Of a stretch of DNA of 64,000 nucleotides, positions 18,292 to 28,288 are shown in pieces (position 1 is the first letter of the stretch; each line of letters opens with the position of its first letter). The DNA is from Humibacillus sp. (lineage in GTDB: Bacteria; Actinomycetota; Actinomycetes; Actinomycetales; Dermatophilaceae). The notes beneath the pieces were generated by a model. It was not told where the DNA came from. It saw only the letters and a program-made list of their open reading frames with translations, and made no database searches. The stretch is taken from assembly GCA_030452985.1 (NCBI GenBank), contig JAKDLG010000001.1, positions 40,613 through 104,612 of the forward strand, given 5' to 3'. Both the position numbers and the translations under genes were made by a program.

Positions 18292-18792
18292 TCAGGCCTC
18301 TCCAGCCAGCCGGTCGAGCGCCTCGCCGTCGAGCCGGAAGGTCGTCCACTCGCTCTGGGGGCGGGCGCCCCGAGAACGGTAGAAGTCGATCGACGGGGTG
18401 TTCCAGTCGAGCACGGTCCACTCGAACCGCGGGTACCCCCGCTCGACACAGATCTGCGCCAGACGCCCGAGCAAAGCCCGGCCGATGCCCGAGCCACGCT
18501 GTTCGGGTTCGACGAAGAGGTCCTCCAGCCACATGCCCTGTTGCCCGGTCCACGTCGAGAAGGTGGCGAACCACAGGGCCATCGCCACCACGTGTCCGGG
18601 ACGATCGGCGTGCTCGACGACGAGGCAGGATGCCGCCGGGCTGCCCGTCGTGGGGAACAGCGCGTGGTCGAACTGGTCGGTCGTCGCGACGGCCGAGGCC
18701 GGGTCCTTCTCGTACGCAGCCAGGGCCTGAACGAGGCGGATCAGGTCGGGAAGGTCGTCACGCCGGGCATCGCGGATCTCGAAGTCGGTCAT
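18292..18792 (-). CDS. GNAT-family N-acetyltransferase.
   Basis: The C-terminal 166 aa of track ORF 18292..21033 read MTDFEIRDARRDDLPDLIRL...LFVEPEQRGSGIGRALLGRL (acetyl-CoA motif A). The rest of that 913-aa ORF is antisense to pcrA and is rejected. Confidence 0.85.
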   Translation of the reverse strand: MTDFEIRDARRDDLPDLIRLVQALAAYEKDPASAVATTDQFDHALFPTTGSPAASCLVVEHADRPGHVVAMALWFATFSTWTGQQGMWLEDLFVEPEQRGSGIGRALLGRLAQICVERGYPRFEWTVLDWNTPSIDFYRSRGARPQSEWTTFRLDGEALDRLAGEA

Positions 18793-18978
18793 CCGATCAT
18801 TGTCTTCGTGGCCATGCGCGCCGCGACACGCGCCCGGCCCGATGTGGCCCCACGGGGGTGAGGCGTCGGCCCGTCGGTCGTGAGGAAGTGGCCACTCGAC
18901 TGAGTTCTTGGCCCCGTGACCCCGGGTGTGCGTGGCTGGCCGGGCGGGTGGGTGGCGAGACGTAGGCTGGAGGCCATC

Positions 18979-21486
18979 ATGAGCACGCTCTTCGACGACC
19001 TTCCGATCTCCGGGCCCCCGGGTCCCGACCACCCCACCGCGGGTGGGTCGAGTGGACTCGATGCTTCGAGGGGGGTCAGGCAGGATGTGACCGAGCAGGG
19101 CGTTCCCACCTGGGCCGAGGCGGCCGCGGCCGGGGGAGTGGGCGCGGCAGGGCGGCATCCAAGCCTCGACCCGGCGCAGCTGCTCGAAGGGCTCAACCCC
19201 AGCCAACGGGCTGCCGTCGTGCACGAGGGGGCCCCGCTGCTCATCGTCGCGGGGGCAGGGTCGGGCAAGACGCGCGTGCTCACCCACCGCATCGCCTGGC
19301 TGCTCGGAGAACGGGGGGTCCAACCCGGGCAGGTGCTGGCCATCACCTTCACCAACAAGGCGGCGGCCGAGATGCGCGAGCGGGTCGCGAACCTCGTCGG
19401 GCCTCGGGCTCGGGCCATGTGGGTGATGACCTTCCACTCCGCGTGCGTGCGCATCCTGCGTCGTGAGGCGGCCAAGGTGGGCATGAAGTCGACGTTCTCG
19501 ATCTACGACGCCGCCGACAGCCAGCGGCTCATGGCGCTGGTGCTGCGTGATCTCGACCTCGACCCCAAGCGCTACCCGGCCCGCGGCTTCACCCACCAGG
19601 TGAGCAACCTCAAGAACGAGCTCATCGACGAGGAGACCTACACCTCGCGAGTCGCCGAGGGTGACCACTACGAGCGCACGGTCGCGCAGGCCTACACGCA
19701 GTACCAACGCCGGCTGCGCCAGGCCAACGCGCTCGACTTCGACGACATCATCATGATGACCGTCAACATCCTGCAGGCCTTTCCCGACGTGGCCGAGTAC
19801 TATCGCCGCCGGTTCCGGCACGTACTCGTCGACGAGTACCAGGACACCAACCAGGCGCAGTACCAGCTGATCCGCGAGCTGGTCGGGGCGGTCAAGGGAG
19901 GGGCGGGCTCCTACGCCGTGCCCCCGGCCGAGCTGTGCGTGGTCGGTGACTCCGACCAGTCGATCTATGCCTTCCGCGGCGCGAGCATCCGCAACATCCT
20001 CGAGTTCGAGAACGACTACCCCGACGCCAAGACGATCCTGCTCGAGCAGAACTACCGCTCGACCCAGCGCATCCTCAAGGCGGCCAACTCGGTCATCAGC
20101 CGCAACGAGGGTAGGCGGGCCAAGAGCCTCTGGACCGACTCGGGTGACGGCGCGCTGATCACCGGATACGTGGGTGACAATGAGCACGACGAGGCCGCGT
20201 TCGTGGCCAAGGAGATCGACGACCTGGCCGAACACGGTGTCAAGCCCGGAGATGTCGCCGTCTTCTACCGCACCAACGCCCAGAGCCGCGCGGTCGAGGA
20301 GGTGCTCGTGCGCGTCGGCCTGCCCTACAAGGTGGTCGGTGGCACTCGCTTCTACGAACGCCGCGAGGTCAAGGACGCTCTCGCTTACCTGCGGGTGATC
20401 TCCAACCCGACCGACACCGTCAACCTGCGCCGCATCCTCAACACCCCCAAGCGGGGCATCGGTGACCGCGCCCAGGCGTGCGTCGCCGCCCTGGCCGATC
20501 GCGAGCGCATCCCGTTCGTCGCCGCGCTCGGCCGCGCCGAGGACGCCCCCGGCATCGCCACTCGATCCGTCGTGGCGATCAAGGGCTTCACCGAGCTGCT
20601 CGAGAAGATCCGGGTGATCTACGAAACCGACGACTCCATCGCTGCCCTGCTCGAGGCCACCCTCGAGCACAGCGGCTACCTGGGCGAGCTGCGCTCCAGC
20701 CACGACCCGCAGGACGAGACCCGTATCGAGAACCTCGCCGAGCTCGTCGCGGTCGCCCAGGAGTACGACGAGCGGCGCGCCACCGAGCTCGAGGAGTCGG
20801 GCGGCGAACTGCCGCCGGGGGTGGAACCTGAAGACGTCGGCCCGGCCGGCGCGCTCGAGGAGTTTCTCGAGCAGGTCTCGCTCGTGGCCGACGCCGACGA
20901 GATCCCTGACTCGCCCGAGGGGGAAGCGGCGGCCCAACAGGGCGTCGTCACGCTGATGACGCTGCACACGGCCAAGGGCCTCGAGTTCCCCGTCGTGTTC
21001 CTCACCGGGCTCGAGGACGGCACCTTTCCGCACCTGCGCTCTCTCGGAGACCCGAAGGAGCTCGAGGAGGAACGGCGCCTGGCCTACGTCGGCATCACCC
21101 GCGCCCGCGAGCGGCTCTACCTCTCTCGCGCCTCGGTGCGTTCGGCGTGGGGTGCTCCGCAGTACAACCCGCCCTCACGCTTCCTCGACGAGATTCCGGG
21201 CGAGCTCATCGAGTGGCAGCGACTCGGCCCGTCGTTCAGCGGGGCCCGCGGCGCCGGTCAGCCGGCGGTGGCCACGCTTGCCGCCCGCCCGGGGGTGCGC
21301 AGCCCGGGTAGGCGACCGATTCTGTCGTTGAGTTCCGGCGACAAGGTCAGCCACGACACCTTCGGTCTCGGAACGGTCGTGCGGGTCGAGGGCGAGGGCG
21401 AGAAGTCGATGGCGCATGTCGACTTCGGTGCCGACACCGGCACCAAGCGACTGCTGCTGCGCTACGCACCACTCGTCAAGCTCTGA
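18979..21486 (+). CDS. pcrA: ATP-dependent DNA helicase PcrA (UvrD/Rep superfamily 1).
   Basis: Walker A is VAGAGSGKTRVLTHRIAWL. Other motifs seen are HVLVDEYQDTNQAQY, YRSTQRIL and TLHTAKGLEFPVVF, with the C-terminal Tudor-like tail. The start was chosen at ATG 18979 (MSTLFDDLP). Confidence 0.95.
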   Translation: MSTLFDDLPISGPPGPDHPTAGGSSGLDASRGVRQDVTEQGVPTWAEAAAAGGVGAAGRHPSLDPAQLLEGLNPSQRAAVVHEGAPLLIVAGAGSGKTRVLTHRIAWLLGERGVQPGQVLAITFTNKAAAEMRERVANLVGPRARAMWVMTFHSACVRILRREAAKVGMKSTFSIYDAADSQRLMALVLRDLDLDPKRYPARGFTHQVSNLKNELIDEETYTSRVAEGDHYERTVAQAYTQYQRRLRQANALDFDDIIMMTVNILQAFPDVAEYYRRRFRHVLVDEYQDTNQAQYQLIRELVGAVKGGAGSYAVPPAELCVVGDSDQSIYAFRGASIRNILEFENDYPDAKTILLEQNYRSTQRILKAANSVISRNEGRRAKSLWTDSGDGALITGYVGDNEHDEAAFVAKEIDDLAEHGVKPGDVAVFYRTNAQSRAVEEVLVRVGLPYKVVGGTRFYERREVKDALAYLRVISNPTDTVNLRRILNTPKRGIGDRAQACVAALADRERIPFVAALGRAEDAPGIATRSVVAIKGFTELLEKIRVIYETDDSIAALLEATLEHSGYLGELRSSHDPQDETRIENLAELVAVAQEYDERRATELEESGGELPPGVEPEDVGPAGALEEFLEQVSLVADADEIPDSPEGEAAAQQGVVTLMTLHTAKGLEFPVVFLTGLEDGTFPHLRSLGDPKELEEERRLAYVGITRARERLYLSRASVRSAWGAPQYNPPSRFLDEIPGELIEWQRLGPSFSGARGAGQPAVATLAARPGVRSPGRRPILSLSSGDKVSHDTFGLGTVVRVEGEGEKSMAHVDFGADTGTKRLLLRYAPLVKL

Positions 21487-21535
21487 GCCCTCGTCAAGCT
21501 CTGAGGCAGACCGCGCCGGCGGATGCCGCCAAGCG

Positions 21536-21567
21536 GGGACACGTGCGGCTGAGACGGCTCGTGTCCC
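21536..21567 (+). terminator. Candidate intrinsic terminator hairpin downstream of pcrA (8-bp stem GGGACACG/CGTGTCCC).
   Basis: The stem arms at 21536-21543 and 21560-21567 were read directly. There is no U-tract, which is common in high-GC actinobacteria. Confidence 0.4.
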
Positions 21568-21743
21568 GGCCTGCCAGCCGTCGGGTCTCGTCGTCGGTCA
21601 AGTCGTGGTCAGTGTCGTGATGGCGACCTCAACGACGACATGACCCACGACCTGGCCGGCAGAGGCCACTTGGCACGCCCGACGACACGGCTAGAGCTCG
21701 CGCCCCAGGCATCCTCACCGCCCGCAGGATGCGTTGAGCGAGG

Positions 21744-22577
21744 TCAGAGGCGGATGCCGTGGCCGGCCAGCCACGGCATCGGGGGGACGGCGTCGCCGCC
21801 ACCGGGGTGGATCTCGAGGTGAACGTGCGGGCCGGTCGAGTGGCCGGTGTTGCCGCTGTAGGCAACGAGCTGCCCCGGCGCCACCGTCTCGCCGGCCGAG
21901 ACGACCAGGCGGCTGTTGTGGGCCATGAACGACACGGTGCCGTCCCAGTACTGGATGCGGACGAGGTTGCCGTAGCCGGTGCTGTCCCAGCCGGCGGACA
22001 CGACGGTGCCGCTGGAGAGCGAGTGCACCTGGCTACCCACCGACGTGGCGAGGTCTTGAGCCGGGTGCAGCTTGCCCCAGCGAAAGCCGTACCCGGAGGT
22101 CAGGGTGTAGCTCGCCAGCGGGGAGACCCACCGGTGGGCAGCGGCCAGAGCATTGGCCTTGTCTGCTTTGACTTTGGCCGCCCTGTCGGCCTTCGCCCTG
22201 GCTACTTTCGCCGCTCTGTCGGTGGCGGCCTTGGACCTCTGGTCGGCGAGGGCTTTGGCCGCCGCGGCCTCCACCGCCGACGGCGTGGCGCCGGTCAGCG
22301 CTTGACGACTGCTGTCACGCGAGGTCCCGCTGCCGGCGCGGTCTGCGGTTGCCGCCGAGACCGCGCCCGGATCGGCCGGGGCGCCGAAGGCGTCCACCGA
22401 GCTCGGCGCGTTCAGCATGGTGGCAGCACCAACTCCGAGCTCGCCGGCGTTCGCCTCGCGGATCACGAGACCACCTGCCACCGTGGCGCAGAGCAGAGCA
22501 ACGGGGACGACATAACGTCGACCCCGTGGTGTCTTGGCTGCCGGCCGATGTCGACCGGTGTAAGTGGCGTTTCGCAC
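21744..22577 (-). CDS. Secreted M23-family metallopeptidase (peptidoglycan endopeptidase-like).
   Basis: The C-terminal M23 motifs are HPAQDLATSVGSQVHS and SGNTGHSTGPHVHLEIH. An N-terminal TM/signal segment (VVPVALLCATVAGGLVI) and an Ala/Lys-rich coiled linker precede them. The start is proposed at GTG 22577. Confidence 0.85.
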   Translation of the reverse strand: MRNATYTGRHRPAAKTPRGRRYVVPVALLCATVAGGLVIREANAGELGVGAATMLNAPSSVDAFGAPADPGAVSAATADRAGSGTSRDSSRQALTGATPSAVEAAAAKALADQRSKAATDRAAKVARAKADRAAKVKADKANALAAAHRWVSPLASYTLTSGYGFRWGKLHPAQDLATSVGSQVHSLSSGTVVSAGWDSTGYGNLVRIQYWDGTVSFMAHNSRLVVSAGETVAPGQLVAYSGNTGHSTGPHVHLEIHPGGGDAVPPMPWLAGHGIRL

Positions 22578-22823
22578 GAAGTGGGTACCTATCTGGGTTC
22601 GAGGGCAGGGTTTTGACGATACCGTGATCGTTTCGTTATGTAAAAACGCGCCATGAGGCACCGCATCGACATACGGCAGGTCAAGGTCACGCAGCGGACG
22701 GCATCCGGACGGCATCCGGACGGTCTGCGGTCACTGGGACGACGTCAGCTGGTCGTGTCTCTCACCGTAGGTGAGCCGGGGACGGTCCTCATCCCCGCGT
22801 CCACAGGCGCCGGGACGGGCCTG

Positions 22824-23783
22824 TCACGAAGCGGTCGACGCGCGCCCCGTCGGCCGACGACGGGTGTTCAGCGCGCTCACGCCGGGCGTGACGGTGGCAC
22901 CGGATGCGTCGACGTGGGCCAGCGCCGCCGAGATTCCGTGTACCACGGTGCTGGTGATCGGCAGGCTCATGTGTCCTACGCCGTGCAACGTGATGTTGTG
23001 CACGTTGAGACTCTCGTGCCGTAGGGCGGCGTTGCTCCCCGGAACGACGACCTGGTCCAGATCGGAGCTGTAGGCGATGAAACGGGTCTTGCAGTCCCGC
23101 ACCGGGGCGGCCAGCTCGGCGTACAGCGCACTGCCGGGCCGCAGCTGCCGGGTCAGGGAGTTGTTCCAGAGATAGGCGAGGTAGCTGCCCTGGTGCGGCG
23201 TGCCCAAGGTGACGAGCGTGTGCACGTGCTCGTCGCCACCGAGCCGAGTCACGTAGTACCGGGCGATGAGCCCGCCCATGGAGTGGCCGATCACGTGGAT
23301 GCGTTCGTAGCCGGTCTCCTCGACGAGACGTTCGACCTCCTCGCTGAGCTGCGCGGCCGCGACGCGGATGTCGCCGGTGAAGATCGAGTAGTTGATCGTC
23401 TCGATGCGACCGAACCCGCGCTTCTTCAACCCGCGCCTCAGCACGGTGAAGATCGAGCGGTTGTCGACCATGCCGTGTACGAGCAGGATCGGCGTGTGCG
23501 CCGCTTCGACATCATGGATCGCCAGGCCACGCTGAGAAGGCGACAGGTGGCCGAGGGCGTACCCGTCGCGGTGGTCTCGCGCTCGGGAGCCGAGCAGACC
23601 CAGCGGATAGAGACCCAGGTGCAAACCTATCCACGTGGCCTCGAGGGCCGCACCGGCCAGACCGGTGGGGGTGAGCAGGGCTTTTGCGGTTTCTCCCACG
23701 ATGCCCAGCAGCCCTCGACCCGAGCCGTCGTCAGCCTCGGGTGGGGGATTCTGGAGCGGCATCGTTGCCGCTCGTGCTGCCAT
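22824..23783 (-). CDS. Alpha/beta-hydrolase, lipase/esterase-like (PGAP1/LipA-type).
   Basis: The nucleophile elbow HVIGHSMGGLIARYY and TLGTPHQGS are present. The start is uncertain; Met at 23783 or 23762 are candidates. Confidence 0.75.
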   Translation of the reverse strand: MAARAATMPLQNPPPEADDGSGRGLLGIVGETAKALLTPTGLAGAALEATWIGLHLGLYPLGLLGSRARDHRDGYALGHLSPSQRGLAIHDVEAAHTPILLVHGMVDNRSIFTVLRRGLKKRGFGRIETINYSIFTGDIRVAAAQLSEEVERLVEETGYERIHVIGHSMGGLIARYYVTRLGGDEHVHTLVTLGTPHQGSYLAYLWNNSLTRQLRPGSALYAELAAPVRDCKTRFIAYSSDLDQVVVPGSNAALRHESLNVHNITLHGVGHMSLPITSTVVHGISAALAHVDASGATVTPGVSALNTRRRPTGRASTAS

Positions 23784-24052
23784 GACCACCTGTGGACCGT
23801 ACCCCGACAGCCGGCCCTGAGGTGGGTCAACGCGGGCTGCGTGTCGCGACCGTGACCCAGCTGGGCGGCAGTCCCGGTGGCATCGCGGGCGGGCGGGGGC
23901 ACTAGAGTCCGTTTGACAGTCTGTTCGACCGCGCCATCGCCTGCGAAACGGCTGGGACCGACCGCTCCGGAGCACTCTGCGCCCGGGCGGGGGCCCGGGT
24001 CAGCGCCTCGGCGTGGTCGAAAACCACCTTCCGACGATGAGGACGGACCCCC

Positions 24053-25252
24053 GTGGATCTCTTCGAGTACCAAGCGCGCGACATGTTCGAGGCGCACGGC
24101 GTGCCGGTTCTGGCCGGCGCCATCGCCACCACCCCGGAACAGGCCCGTGCGGCGGCCGAGAAGATCGGGGCCGGCTCTGGCGGCGTCACGGTCGTCAAGG
24201 CGCAGGTCAAGGTGGGCGGACGCGGCAAAGCGGGCGGCGTCAAGGTCACCAAGAGCCCCGACGAGGCCGAGAAGGCTGCGGCCGGCATCCTCGGAATGGA
24301 CATCAAGGGCCACACCGTCGGCACCGTGATGATCGCCCAGGGCGCTCGCATCGCCGAGGAGTACTACTTCTCCATCCTGCTCGACCGCGCGAACCGCAGC
24401 TACCTCTCCATGTGCTCGAAGGAGGGCGGCGTCGAGATCGAGCAACTTGCTGTCGAGCGGCCCGAGGCCCTCGCCCGCATCGTCATCGACCCGAACACCG
24501 GGGTCGATGACGCCAAGGCGAAGGAGATCGCCGACGCGGCCGGGTTCGACGAGGCCGACAAGCCCGCTCTCATCGAGGCCTTCAAGGCGCTGTGGACCGT
24601 CTACCGCGACGAGGACGCGACGCTCGTCGAGGTGAACCCCCTGGTCAAGACCGAGGACGGTGAGATCATCGCCCTCGACGGCAAGGTCACCCTCGATGCG
24701 AACGCCGACTTCCGTCACGCCGACCACGAAGCCCTCGAGGACACGGCCGCGGCCGACCCGCTCGAGGCCGCAGCCAAGGCGAAGGGCCTCAACTACGTCA
24801 AGCTCGACGGTTCGGTGGGCATCATCGGCAACGGAGCAGGCCTGGTGATGAGCACCCTTGACGTCGTGGCCTACGCCGGGGAGGAACTCAGCGGGTCGGA
24901 GGGCGGTTTCGTCGCGAAGCCCGCGAACTTCCTCGACATCGGCGGCGGTGCCAGCGCGGAGGTGATGGCCAACGGCCTGCAGATCATCCTCGGCGACGAA
25001 CAGGTCAAGAGCGTGTTCGTCAACGTCTTCGGGGGCATCACCTCCTGCGACGCCGTGGCCAACGGCATCGTGGGCGCGCTCGACGCCCTCGGTGACGAGG
25101 CCACCAAACCTCTCGTCGTGCGCCTCGACGGCAACAACGTCGAGGAGGGCCGCCGCATCCTCGCCGAGCGAGCCCACCCGCTCGTCACCATCGAGGCCAC
25201 CATGGACGGCGCTGCGCGCCGCGCCGCCGAGCTCGCCGCCGCGGCGAACTGA
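24053..25252 (+). CDS. sucC: Succinyl-CoA synthetase beta subunit.
   Basis: The ORF starts [19 protein letters not shown] and has the ATP-grasp and ligase-CoA domains. It is followed directly by sucD. Confidence 0.97.
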   Translation: MDLFEYQARDMFEAHGVPVLAGAIATTPEQARAAAEKIGAGSGGVTVVKAQVKVGGRGKAGGVKVTKSPDEAEKAAAGILGMDIKGHTVGTVMIAQGARIAEEYYFSILLDRANRSYLSMCSKEGGVEIEQLAVERPEALARIVIDPNTGVDDAKAKEIADAAGFDEADKPALIEAFKALWTVYRDEDATLVEVNPLVKTEDGEIIALDGKVTLDANADFRHADHEALEDTAAADPLEAAAKAKGLNYVKLDGSVGIIGNGAGLVMSTLDVVAYAGEELSGSEGGFVAKPANFLDIGGGASAEVMANGLQIILGDEQVKSVFVNVFGGITSCDAVANGIVGALDALGDEATKPLVVRLDGNNVEEGRRILAERAHPLVTIEATMDGAARRAAELAAAAN

Positions 25253-25279
25253 CCCGAGCAACAGGAGAACTGAGACACC

Positions 25280-26176
25280 ATGGCAATCTTTCTCAACGCC
25301 GACTCCAAGGTCATCGTGCAGGGCATGACCGGCTCGGAAGGCATGAAGCACACGCAGCGGATGCTGAAGTCGGGCACCGCCATCGTCGGCGGGGTCAACC
25401 CCCGCAAGGCCGGCACCACCGTCGAGTTCGAGGACGCGGTGTCGGTGCCCGTCTACGGCACCGTCGAAGAGGCGATCAAGGCGACCGGCGCCAACGTCTC
25501 GGTCATCTTCGTGCCCGCTGCGTTCACGAAGTCGGCCGTGGTCGAGGCGATCGACGCCGAGATCCCGCTCGCAGTCGTGATCACCGAGGGCGTCGCGGTC
25601 AAGGACAGCGCTGAGTTCTACGCCTACGCCACCGACAAGGGAACGACCCGTATCGTCGGGCCCAACTGCCCCGGCCTGATCACCCCGGGCGTCTCGAACG
25701 CCGGCATCATCCCGGCCACCATCGCCGGGAGCGGCCGCGTCGGGCTGGTCTCGAAGTCGGGCACGCTCACCTACCAGATGATGTACGAGCTGCGTGACTT
25801 CGGTTTCAGCACCGCGGTCGGCATCGGCGGTGACCCCATCATCGGCACCACGCACATCGACTGCCTCGAGGCCTTCCAGAACGACCCCGACACCGACGCG
25901 ATCGTGATGATCGGTGAGATCGGCGGCGACGCCGAGGAGCGCGCTGCGGCCTACATCAAGGAGCACGTGACCAAGCCGGTCGTCGGGTACGTCGCCGGTT
26001 TCACCGCCCCCGAGGGCAAGACGATGGGCCACGCCGGCGCCATCGTGTCGGGCTCCTCGGGTACGGCGCAGGCGAAGAAGGAAGCCCTTGAGGCCGCGGG
26101 CGTCAAGGTCGGCAAGACGCCGTCCGCGACAGCCGAGCTCATGCGCGAGATCATGCAGGGGCTCTCGGCCGGCTGA
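25280..26176 (+). CDS. sucD: Succinyl-CoA synthetase alpha subunit.
   Basis: The ORF starts [21 protein letters not shown], followed by SKSGTLTYQ and the phosphohistidine loop GHAGAIVSG. Confidence 0.97.
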   Translation: MAIFLNADSKVIVQGMTGSEGMKHTQRMLKSGTAIVGGVNPRKAGTTVEFEDAVSVPVYGTVEEAIKATGANVSVIFVPAAFTKSAVVEAIDAEIPLAVVITEGVAVKDSAEFYAYATDKGTTRIVGPNCPGLITPGVSNAGIIPATIAGSGRVGLVSKSGTLTYQMMYELRDFGFSTAVGIGGDPIIGTTHIDCLEAFQNDPDTDAIVMIGEIGGDAEERAAAYIKEHVTKPVVGYVAGFTAPEGKTMGHAGAIVSGSSGTAQAKKEALEAAGVKVGKTPSATAELMREIMQGLSAG

Positions 26177-26334
26177 GCGTTGTCCCTGTACCGGATGTCG
26201 TGTGCTGCGGCATCCGGTACAGCGGTGCCCTCGGGTGTCGGGCGGCAGGGCCACGAGGGCCGACCCGCCAAACTCGGTGACCCGGCTGCGGCGTGGGTGC
26301 TCGCCCAACGGGCTCCCAGTTGTGACCATGGGGT

Positions 26335-27615
26335 GTGCCTACCTCCACGACTGCAGCCTCGGGAGCGAAGTCCACGCCCAGGCGAGTGCTTTCAGCGCCT
26401 GCTCGGCCGGCCACCCTGCGCGCCGCACTGCGGGTCGGTGCGCTCGCAGCGGTGGCCACCTGGGCGCTCGTCGTCCTCCCGTCTCTCATCGGCTGGATCG
26501 CCGCCCCCGAAAGCTCGCTGGGGTGGTTCTCGGCCGTCTCGGTGGGCAGCGCCCTCTGGTTCCTCGGCCACGCCCAGTCGATCGGCGCCGGTGGCTTGTC
26601 GGTCTCGCTGACCCCGATTCTGCTGCTGCTCCTGAACGTCTACATCGGTGCTCGGTTCCTCCGTCGCCTGGTGGCCATCGAGCGGGTGGGGCTCACCACC
26701 GGCGAATGGAGCCGGGCCGTCGCACGGTCGGTGGTTCCCGGCTTCGTCGGGGGCTACCTGGCCATCGCGGCGCTGGTGGCCCTGCTCACCCTGGCGGGGC
26801 CTGCGAGCCCTGGTTTCATGGCGATCGCCGGCGTCCTGATCGTGCCGCTGGCCGCTCTCGGCTTCACGTTCCTGCGCCCCGAGGATGATGCGGCTCCGGC
26901 CTTCGTGCGGGCCTGGTTCCGGCGCGGGCCGAGCTGGCTGCCTGCCGTGTGGCACGTCGGTTGGCGCGGAGCCGGCCTGCTGCTGCTCGTGGGCCTCGCA
27001 GTGATGCTTGCTCGCGTGCTCGTCTCGTTCGGCGCCATCGTCGCGATGCAAGGCCAGTACGGCATCAATCTCGTGGCGGGCCTCGTCGTGGTCGTGGGTC
27101 AGCTGCTGATGATGGGCAACGCCGCCACCTGGGCACTGTCGTTCGTGGCGGGGCCGGGCTTCGGTGTCGCGGTCGGCGCTGCGATCAGTCCGGCCGCGGC
27201 CCATCCCGGGCTGATGCCGCTCATCCCCGCGCTCGCGGCCCTGCCCGACGAGGCCACTTACCCTCGCGCTCTCTACGCCGTCGTTCTGCTGCCGATCGCC
27301 GCAGGAGCCTTCATCGCCCGTTGGGTCGATCGTGACCTCGAGTTCTTCGGCAACGCCCGAGCCCGCTTCGCGGCGGTCAGCACCGCAGCCTTCATCGCCG
27401 TGGCCGTCATCGCCGTGCTGACCGCGCTCGGCAACGGTTCGCTGGGCGTCGACCGGCTCTCGCACATCGGCCCGGCCGTGCTCCCGTTCGCTGCGGCGCT
27501 GCTCGTGGAGGTTGCCGGTGGGGCCGCGCTGTGGGTGGCTTGGCGGCTGTGGCGTGAGCGTGAGGTGTCGAGCGACCGCGTCGAGGCCGCTGAGGTCGCC
27601 CCGACCGACGACTGA
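26335..27615 (+). CDS. Polytopic membrane protein, PerM-like (DUF6350-type).
   Basis: A 426-aa ORF with about 10 hydrophobic helices. Its position between sucCD and purNH matches the mycobacterial sucCD-perM-purNH arrangement. The start is uncertain. Confidence 0.6.
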   Translation: MPTSTTAASGAKSTPRRVLSAPARPATLRAALRVGALAAVATWALVVLPSLIGWIAAPESSLGWFSAVSVGSALWFLGHAQSIGAGGLSVSLTPILLLLLNVYIGARFLRRLVAIERVGLTTGEWSRAVARSVVPGFVGGYLAIAALVALLTLAGPASPGFMAIAGVLIVPLAALGFTFLRPEDDAAPAFVRAWFRRGPSWLPAVWHVGWRGAGLLLLVGLAVMLARVLVSFGAIVAMQGQYGINLVAGLVVVVGQLLMMGNAATWALSFVAGPGFGVAVGAAISPAAAHPGLMPLIPALAALPDEATYPRALYAVVLLPIAAGAFIARWVDRDLEFFGNARARFAAVSTAAFIAVAVIAVLTALGNGSLGVDRLSHIGPAVLPFAAALLVEVAGGAALWVAWRLWREREVSSDRVEAAEVAPTDD

Positions 27616-27684
27616 CCGATCTGGCAGCACGGCCGGGGCTGGCGCTCGTCCGGGGCGCCGTGGCAGTGACGATGACCTTTTGCT

Positions 27685-27780
27685 GGTCGAGTGGCCAGTT
27701 CCGTGCGAGCAGGCGTGGACGAAAGTGGCCACTCGAACTGGGTTTGCGTGGACGAAAGTGGCCACTCGAACTGGGTGGGT
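27685..27780. repeat. Intergenic repeat array: two 33-bp tandem units (CGTGGACGAAAGTGGCCACTCGAACTGGGT..) plus one inverted partial copy.
   Basis: Units at 27714-27746 and 27747-27780 were read directly. The inverted core TCGAGTGGCCA at 27687-27697 is complementary to TGGCCACTCGA at 27726-27736. The array ends on the stop codon (27780-27782) of the minus-strand gene. Confidence 0.85.
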
Positions 27781-28178
27781 CAGCGCAGGTGCAGCACGTC
27801 GCCCAGCACCACGGAGTCGCGCAGGCTCTCGCAGTCAGCCCTGGCCTCAGCGGTCTGGGCGCCGTCGATGCACTGCTCGTAAGCCTGGACCTTCGAGTAG
27901 AACGCTCCTTGCACGATCAGCGAGGCGAGCAGCATCCCCACGATGCCGAGCGTCATGGCCGGCCAGATCTTCTCGCGCCCACGCCGGCTCGAGAGGAACC
28001 GCAGCAGCCGAACGCTCAGGCCGACCGCCAACAGGAGGGGCACCACCGCGATGAACCGCTTCGGCAGCGGCAGGTACATCGCGACCACCGCCAACAGCAC
28101 ACAGACCAGGACCGGCAGGGTGAGACGCGCCTTGTCGCGGGCGAAGGCGATCGACCGCTCCTTCTCCTGGCTGCTCAT
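27780..28178 (-). CDS. Hypothetical membrane protein (3 TM helices plus a C-terminal Cys-containing tail).
   Basis: The ORF reads MSSQEKERSIAFARDKARLTLPVLVCVLLAVVAMYL.... Composition is coding-like. I recognise no family. Confidence 0.5.
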   Translation of the reverse strand: MSSQEKERSIAFARDKARLTLPVLVCVLLAVVAMYLPLPKRFIAVVPLLLAVGLSVRLLRFLSSRRGREKIWPAMTLGIVGMLLASLIVQGAFYSKVQAYEQCIDGAQTAEARADCESLRDSVVLGDVLHLR

Positions 28179-28288
28179 GCGACCCATCCTCACTCATCGT
28201 GCCCACCGTGGTGAATTCGCACCCCGCCGCCACAGCGTCACCGACGAGGTGCCATCCGCCCAAATAGTCAGCCGATACACTCCCGCTC

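Noticed and set aside
18793-21033. The N-terminal ~750 aa of the 913-aa minus-strand ORF 18292..21033, lying opposite pcrA.
   Set aside because: Only the last 166 aa (the GNAT gene) look like protein. The remainder is Arg/Gly/Asp/Val-rich with no motifs and exactly shadows the well-supported pcrA frame. This is a typical high-GC antisense open frame.
22578-22800. A confident call of a ydaO-type c-di-AMP riboswitch upstream of the M23 peptidase gene.
   Set aside because: Only the 3' strand shows loose similarity. I could not find the conserved GGGGACCCA and GGGGUGAAUC-type internal loops or a convincing P1 pairing. It is kept only as a low-confidence lead in the findings.
23627-26329. The 900-aa minus-strand ORF opposite sucC/sucD. 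Similar long shadow ORFs occur at 29055..30848, 33730..35556, 36602..37687, 41527..43068, 48168..49655, 50084..52159, 52193..53467 and 54008..55330.
   Set aside because: Each overlaps a gene with unambiguous motifs on the other strand and has low-complexity Arg/Gly/Asp-rich translations. These are artefacts of about 70% GC.
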